DNA of 64,000 bases from Candidatus Methylomirabilia bacterium (GTDB lineage: Bacteria; Methylomirabilota; Methylomirabilia; Rokubacteriales; CSP1-6). Shown one piece after another: positions 59,809-64,000 of this stretch. The notes below the pieces were generated by a model, which was given only the letters and a program-made list of their open reading frames with translations, was not told the DNA's origin and searched no databases. The DNA is taken from NCBI GenBank assembly GCA_041497115.1, contig JBGQFW010000010.1, positions 113 to 64,112 on the forward strand. Direction: 5' to 3'. A program made the position numbers and the translations under genes. Numbering within the stretch: position 1 is the stretch's first letter; every line of letters begins with the position of its first letter.

Positions 59809-60978
59809 TCAGGCCGGCGCGAAGATCGAGGAGCGCCCCGGGTCCCCCGGGGTGGTCCGAGCGTCCGGGGGTGGGGGGGCCATGTCGGGGCCCCCCCGTG
59901 AATTGAACGTCGCGTCGCGCTGGAGGACGGGCATGACCCGCTCGGCGAAGAGGCGCATGTTGAGCTGCGCCTCCTCGTGCGGCATCCCGCCGTAGCCGAA
60001 CTCGGTGACCAGGTGATCGAGGCCGGTCAGCCGCTGCAGCTCGGCGATCTGCTGGATGCAGTCGTCGGGGGTGCCGACGACCTGGATCTTGACGTAGAAC
60101 TCGGTCGCCTTCCGCCGGTAGCCCTCGTCCTGCATCTTGGAATAGGTCTTGGCCATGCCGCCGTAGAACTCGTAGCCCTTCACCGAGGCGAGGTGGCCGT
60201 CGGAGAACTTGTAGTGCTTGTCGATCGAGTCGAACTTGCGCGCCAGGTACTGCACCGCGCGCTCGTGCGCCTCCTCGCGGCGCTCGGCCACCGAGACGTT
60301 GGTGAGGATGATCGGCGGCTGCGGCGTGTGGCCCACGCCGGCCGCGATCTCGCGGTAGCGCCGGATGTCCTCGGCGGCCTTCGGCCACTCGTTCTGCATG
60401 ATCACGAGCACGCCGAAGCCGAGCTTGGCCATGATCTCGGCCGACTCCGGGCTGACCGACGAGGCGTAGAACCGCCGCTCGGGGTGCGAGACGGGGCGCG
60501 GCCGGATGGACGTCGGCGGGATCTTGAAGAACTCTCCGTCCCAGTCGAAGACCTCGTGGGTCAGCGCCTTGACGACGATCCGCGCCGCCTCGGCGAAGCG
60601 CGGGCGCGCCTCCTCCATGGGGATGCGGAACCCCGCGTACTCCACGCTGGCGGCGCCGCGGCCGAAGCCGAACAGGCAGCGGCCGTTGGAGAGCACGTCG
60701 AGGAGCGCGATCTCCTCGGCGACCCGCACCGGGTCGTGCCAGGGCAGCACGATGACGGCGGTGCCGAGCGCGATGCGCTGCGTGCGCCCGGCGAAGTAGC
60801 TCAGCAGCTGGGTGGGCGAGGGCGACATCGCGTAGCCGGTGAAGTGGTGCTCGAGGGCGAACAGCGAGTCGAACCCGAGCGGCTCGGCGAGGTCGCCAAG
60901 GGCCAGGTGCTCGGCGAACACCGAGGCGTCGGTGCGGCCGTCCTTCGTCAGCATATTCAGCGCGATCCCGACGTTCAT
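59809..60978 (-). CDS. LLM-class flavin-dependent oxidoreductase/monooxygenase
   Basis: GFDSLFALEHHFTGY...VAEEIALLDVLSNGRCLFGFGRG. Confidence 0.8.
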   Translation of the reverse strand: MNVGIALNMLTKDGRTDASVFAEHLALGDLAEPLGFDSLFALEHHFTGYAMSPSPTQLLSYFAGRTQRIALGTAVIVLPWHDPVRVAEEIALLDVLSNGRCLFGFGRGAASVEYAGFRIPMEEARPRFAEAARIVVKALTHEVFDWDGEFFKIPPTSIRPRPVSHPERRFYASSVSPESAEIMAKLGFGVLVIMQNEWPKAAEDIRRYREIAAGVGHTPQPPIILTNVSVAERREEAHERAVQYLARKFDSIDKHYKFSDGHLASVKGYEFYGGMAKTYSKMQDEGYRRKATEFYVKIQVVGTPDDCIQQIAELQRLTGLDHLVTEFGYGGMPHEEAQLNMRLFAERVMPVLQRDATFNSRGGPDMAPPPPDARTTPGDPGRSSIFAPA

Positions 60979-61760
60979 GCGCTCCTCCCATTGCGATGGC
61001 CCAGGCGCGACGAGATCGCGCGCGCGGTCCGCCTGGCCTCGACGGCCAGCCGGCGCGCGTGCGGACGCACGCGGTCGGTGGGGCCGGCGATCGTGCAGGC
61101 GCCCGCCACCCGGCCGTGCTGGTCGAAGATCGGCGCCGCCACTCCCGCCGCCCCGCGCACCATCTCGTCGAGGCTCACGCTCACGCCGGTCCGCTGGATC
61201 TCCTCGAGGGCGGCGCGCAGGGCCGGCAGGCTCGTCATCGTCCGCTCGGTGTGGCGCGCCAGCGGCAGCGCTTTCAGGATCTCCTCGCGCTGCTCCGCCG
61301 GCAGGAACGCCAGGATGGCCTTGCCGCTCGACGTCGCGTGCAGCGGCCGGCGGTCGCCGACGCCCGCCGCGTAGCGGATGATCTGCACGCTCTCGACCTT
61401 GTCCACGTAGACCACCGACACGCCGTCGGCGCCCAGCGTGGCGAGAAACACCGTCTCGCCCGTGCGGCGCATCAGCTCGGCGAGCGCCGGGCGCGCCACC
61501 GCGGCGAGGTCGCGCTGGGCCGGCGAGGCGCTGCCCAGGTCGAGGGCGCGCGGGCCGAGCCGGTACTCGCCGGCGCGCCCCTGGTGGAGGTACCGACGGG
61601 CGGTCAGCGCGCGCAGGAGCGGCAGCAGGCTGCTCTTGGGCGCCTCGAGCTGCGCGCTCACCTCGCGCAGCGCGAGCCCCTCGCGGCTGGCCGCCACCAC
61701 CTCGAGGATGTCCACGACGCGATTGGCCGCCCGGTGGCCGGCGACCGCCCGGACGATCAC
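60975..61760 (-). CDS. IclR-family transcriptional regulator
   Basis: RVVDILEVVAASREGLALREVSAQLEAPKSSLLPLLRAL (wHTH domain) and SVSLDEMVRGAAGVAAPIFD (IclR effector domain). Its GTG at 61760 overlaps the upstream stop, and its stop overlaps the next ATG. Confidence 0.85.
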   Translation of the reverse strand: MIVRAVAGHRAANRVVDILEVVAASREGLALREVSAQLEAPKSSLLPLLRALTARRYLHQGRAGEYRLGPRALDLGSASPAQRDLAAVARPALAELMRRTGETVFLATLGADGVSVVYVDKVESVQIIRYAAGVGDRRPLHATSSGKAILAFLPAEQREEILKALPLARHTERTMTSLPALRAALEEIQRTGVSVSLDEMVRGAAGVAAPIFDQHGRVAGACTIAGPTDRVRPHARRLAVEARRTARAISSRLGHRNGRSA

Positions 61761-62950
61761 CGCGTCACCTCGAAGCCGAAGACGCGCGCGGCGTTGAGGC
61801 CGAGGACTTTTGCGCGCGCGCCGTCGGTCAGGCCGCCCATCGTGCGCTCGATCGCCTCGGCGGAGTGCGGCCACGTCCCCTCGTGATGGGGATAATCATT
61901 GCCCCACATGAAGTTGTCCGTGAGGTTCATGGGCTCGGCGAGAGCAAGGCCGGCCGGATCCTCCTGGAAGGACGCGAAGCCGTGCTCGCGAAAGTACTCG
62001 CTGGGCAGCCGCGCGAGCTTGGGGCGCACCCAGAAGTGATGCTTGCGATAGGCCTCGTCCATCGCGTCGAGCAGCCACGCCACCCAGCCGATGCCGGCCT
62101 CGATCGTCCCGAAGCGCAGCCGGGGAAAGCGCGCGAGCACGCCGGAGGCGCACAGGTTCGCGACGGGCTCGATGGTCGGTGAGAGCGAGTGAGACACGTA
62201 GTTGATGACGGCGCCGCCGTTGCCGCGCGCGGCCCGCGGGTCGCGTCCCGTCGAGACGTGGAAGGTGATCGGCAGGCCGGCGTCCTGGATCGCCGCCCAC
62301 AGCGGGTCGAAGACCGGCAGGTTGTAGTTGGGATGGTCCACGTCGTGGGCGCCCCACACCGGCTTGCACGGCAGGGTCAGCGCGCGGAAGCCGAGCGTCG
62401 CCACGCGCTGCACCTCGGCGATGGAGCCCGCCAGGTCGGCGGTGGCGATCGCCGCCGCCGGCGACATGCGGTGGTTGTAGCGGGCGAACGTCTCCCACGC
62501 CCACTCGTTGTAGACGCGGCACTGGGCCATCGCCAGCGCGGGGTCGGGCGTGGCCCACATGGACAGCCCCTTGTTGGGGAAGATCACCTCGGCGTCGATG
62601 CCGTCGCGGTCCATGTCGCGCAGCCGCTGCTCGGGGTCGGCGCCGGAAAGCTGGCGCAGGCGGTCCTCGCCCTCGAGGTCGTCGGTGCGCAGCCGGTCGG
62701 GCCGATGCCCCTCGGAGACGCGCCACTTCACGCCGGCGGCGTCGACGATGACCTTCGGCACGCGGTCGCGGTACTTCGCGTCGATGCGCGTGGCCCAGAG
62801 GTCGGCCGGCTCGTTGGCGTGGGCGTCGGCCGAGACGATGAAGTACTTGCGGGGATCGTCCGGGCGGGCGGTGCGCGGCCAGCGCGCGTGACCGGGCGTC
62901 GTGAGCCGCCAGACGTTGGCCTCGTTGATCGTCAGCTCGCGCGTGCTCAT
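61757..62950 (-). CDS. Amidohydrolase_2 (ACMSD-like decarboxylase/hydratase) family metal-dependent hydrolase
   Basis: IVSADAHANEP...FHVSTG...GNDYPHHEGTWP. The ATG at 62950 overlaps the upstream stop (ATGA). Confidence 0.8.
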   Translation of the reverse strand: MSTRELTINEANVWRLTTPGHARWPRTARPDDPRKYFIVSADAHANEPADLWATRIDAKYRDRVPKVIVDAAGVKWRVSEGHRPDRLRTDDLEGEDRLRQLSGADPEQRLRDMDRDGIDAEVIFPNKGLSMWATPDPALAMAQCRVYNEWAWETFARYNHRMSPAAAIATADLAGSIAEVQRVATLGFRALTLPCKPVWGAHDVDHPNYNLPVFDPLWAAIQDAGLPITFHVSTGRDPRAARGNGGAVINYVSHSLSPTIEPVANLCASGVLARFPRLRFGTIEAGIGWVAWLLDAMDEAYRKHHFWVRPKLARLPSEYFREHGFASFQEDPAGLALAEPMNLTDNFMWGNDYPHHEGTWPHSAEAIERTMGGLTDGARAKVLGLNAARVFGFEVTR

Positions 62951-63396
62951 GCCGTCCTCCTCCAGTGCACCAGCGTGAACGGGGGCGGCGCGTCGTCGTG
63001 CGGCTCGAACACGGCCGCCACCGGGGCGCCGATCGTGACGGGCTGCGTCGGGTCGCCGAGCAGGTTGCCGATCATCCGCACGCCGCCGGCGTGCGCCAGC
63101 TCGACGAGGACCACGACGTAGGGGCCGTGATCCCGCAGCGCGGGATGCACGGGATGCCACGCGCGCTCCCAGCTGTAGACGACCCCGCGCGGCTCGACGA
63201 CCGCCCACTCCAGGTCGAACCCCAGGCACCGGTGGCAGATCCACTCCGGGCCCCACTGCCACCCGCGGCAGCCGCGGCAGCGCTGCACGCGCAGCTCGCC
63301 CCGCCGCGTGCCCTCCCAGTACGGGGCGTCGAGCCCGTCCGCCTCGGGCACCGGACGCGGCAGGCCGGCCGGCAGGTAGGTGGCGGGCCCGCTCAC
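62947..63396 (-). CDS. Zn-ribbon/OB-fold protein (DUF35 family), typical partner of thiolase-like proteins
   Basis: APYWEGTRRGELRVQRCRGCRGWQWGPEWICHRC...VVVLVEL..GVRMIGNL. The GTG at 63396 overlaps the upstream stop (GTGA). Confidence 0.7.
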   Translation of the reverse strand: MSGPATYLPAGLPRPVPEADGLDAPYWEGTRRGELRVQRCRGCRGWQWGPEWICHRCLGFDLEWAVVEPRGVVYSWERAWHPVHPALRDHGPYVVVLVELAHAGGVRMIGNLLGDPTQPVTIGAPVAAVFEPHDDAPPPFTLVHWRRTA

Positions 63397-64000
63397 AGCG
63401 TCTCCTCGGTGCCGAGCAGCATGCTGGACACCGGCGTGACCATCGGCCCCGAGATCACCATCGCGACGCGCGCTCCCGGCACCGGGTTGGGCGACTGCCC
63501 GCGCAGCTGGCGCACCGCCTCGATCTGCAGCTCGAGCCCGTGCATGTAGCACTCGGCGAGATTGCCGCCGCTGGTGTTGAGCGGCAGCCGCCCGCCGGGC
63601 GCGCTGAGGTTGTCCAGCGTGAGGAACTCGTTGGCCTCCTCGGCGGCGAAGAACTCGTGCTCGACCAGGCTCATGAGCACGCCGCCGGTGAAGTTCTCGT
63701 AGCTCTGCACGACGCTCACGTCCTTGGGGCCGAGGCCGGCCATCGCGTACAGGCGCGGCGCGACCGTGATGAAGCTGGCCGAGGCGTAGGTGGGCGCGTT
63801 GTGACCGCGGGCGCCGTTGCGGTACTCCGACCCCTGGGCCGCGCCGAGCAGGTAGGCCGGCCGCTGCCGCAGGTCACGCGCGCGCTCGGCGGCGACGAGG
63901 ATCAGCGCGGCGGCGCCGTCGTTCTCCATGCAGCAGTCGAAGAGGCGGAACGGCTCGACGATCCAGCGCGCGGCGTCGTACGCCTCGGCGGTGAGCGGCC
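63393..64000 (-). CDS. Thiolase-like (SCP-x/nonspecific lipid-transfer type) protein. The N-terminus lies beyond the window edge.
   Basis: ...FDCCMENDGAAALILVAAERA...NTSGGNLAECYMHGLELQIEAVRQLRG... The frame stays open to base 64000. Confidence 0.7.
   Translation of the reverse strand, partial: PLTAEAYDAARWIVEPFRLFDCCMENDGAAALILVAAERARDLRQRPAYLLGAAQGSEYRNGARGHNAPTYASASFITVAPRLYAMAGLGPKDVSVVQSYENFTGGVLMSLVEHEFFAAEEANEFLTLDNLSAPGGRLPLNTSGGNLAECYMHGLELQIEAVRQLRGQSPNPVPGARVAMVISGPMVTPVSSMLLGTEETL

Overview
This is a high-GC bacterial chromosomal window (by eye about 70% G+C). It is densely coding: I call about 54 CDS. I saw no rRNA, tRNA, CRISPR array, transposase or integrase. Because of the GC content, most of the long track ORFs are antisense or out-of-frame shadows, or same-frame read-throughs that fuse several genes. 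I chose real genes by recognisable protein families, by Shine-Dalgarno context, and by the very frequent ATGA/GTGA start-stop overlaps. Left part (1-18.1 kb): a gcdH fragment, a divergent yhhQ-queC pair, DinB, an HD-domain dNTPase-like gene, rfbB-rfbA, a rhodanese-MoeB/ThiF fusion, a 2-hydroxyacid dehydrogenase, a ModA-like binding protein, HtrA, and a long minus-strand unit (AceE-like TPP enzyme, glcD, glcE, glcF, moaB). Centre (18.2-33.1 kb): a signalling island. It holds a GAF-GGDEF cyclase, an NtrC-type sigma-54 activator, and two operons that each sit behind a near-identical sigma-54 promoter with the same upstream layout. Operon 1 encodes a possibly nuclease-fold-like protein with an acidic disordered region, a REC-GAF-HD-GYP protein, a CheY-like protein and two paralogous methyltransferases. 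Operon 2 encodes a secreted orphan, a STAS protein lacking the phospho-Ser, a GNAT, a 7TM-GAF histidine kinase and a REC-GAF-histidine kinase. Right part: glk, class I aldolase and a GH63-like hydrolase; peptide-type ABC components; a GGDEF gene coupled to a JmjC gene; a NYN/LOTUS-like protein; a small GatC/AtzG-like ORF coupled to an amidase; several LLM oxidoreductases; an aminotransferase; a large HExxH exported protease; a beta-rich orphan with a polybasic tail; a STAND adenylate cyclase; and a tightly coupled catabolic operon with an embedded IclR gene. The three most notable observations are as follows. (1) An in-frame TGA sits exactly at the conserved active-site Cys of the MoeB/ThiF domain and is followed by a SECIS-like hairpin, making it a candidate selenoprotein. 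(2) The twin sigma-54 promoter architecture ties together a c-di-GMP and partner-switch-like island. (3) There are several orphan proteins. The sigma-54 system argues against Actinobacteria, but I cannot assign a lineage from sequence alone.
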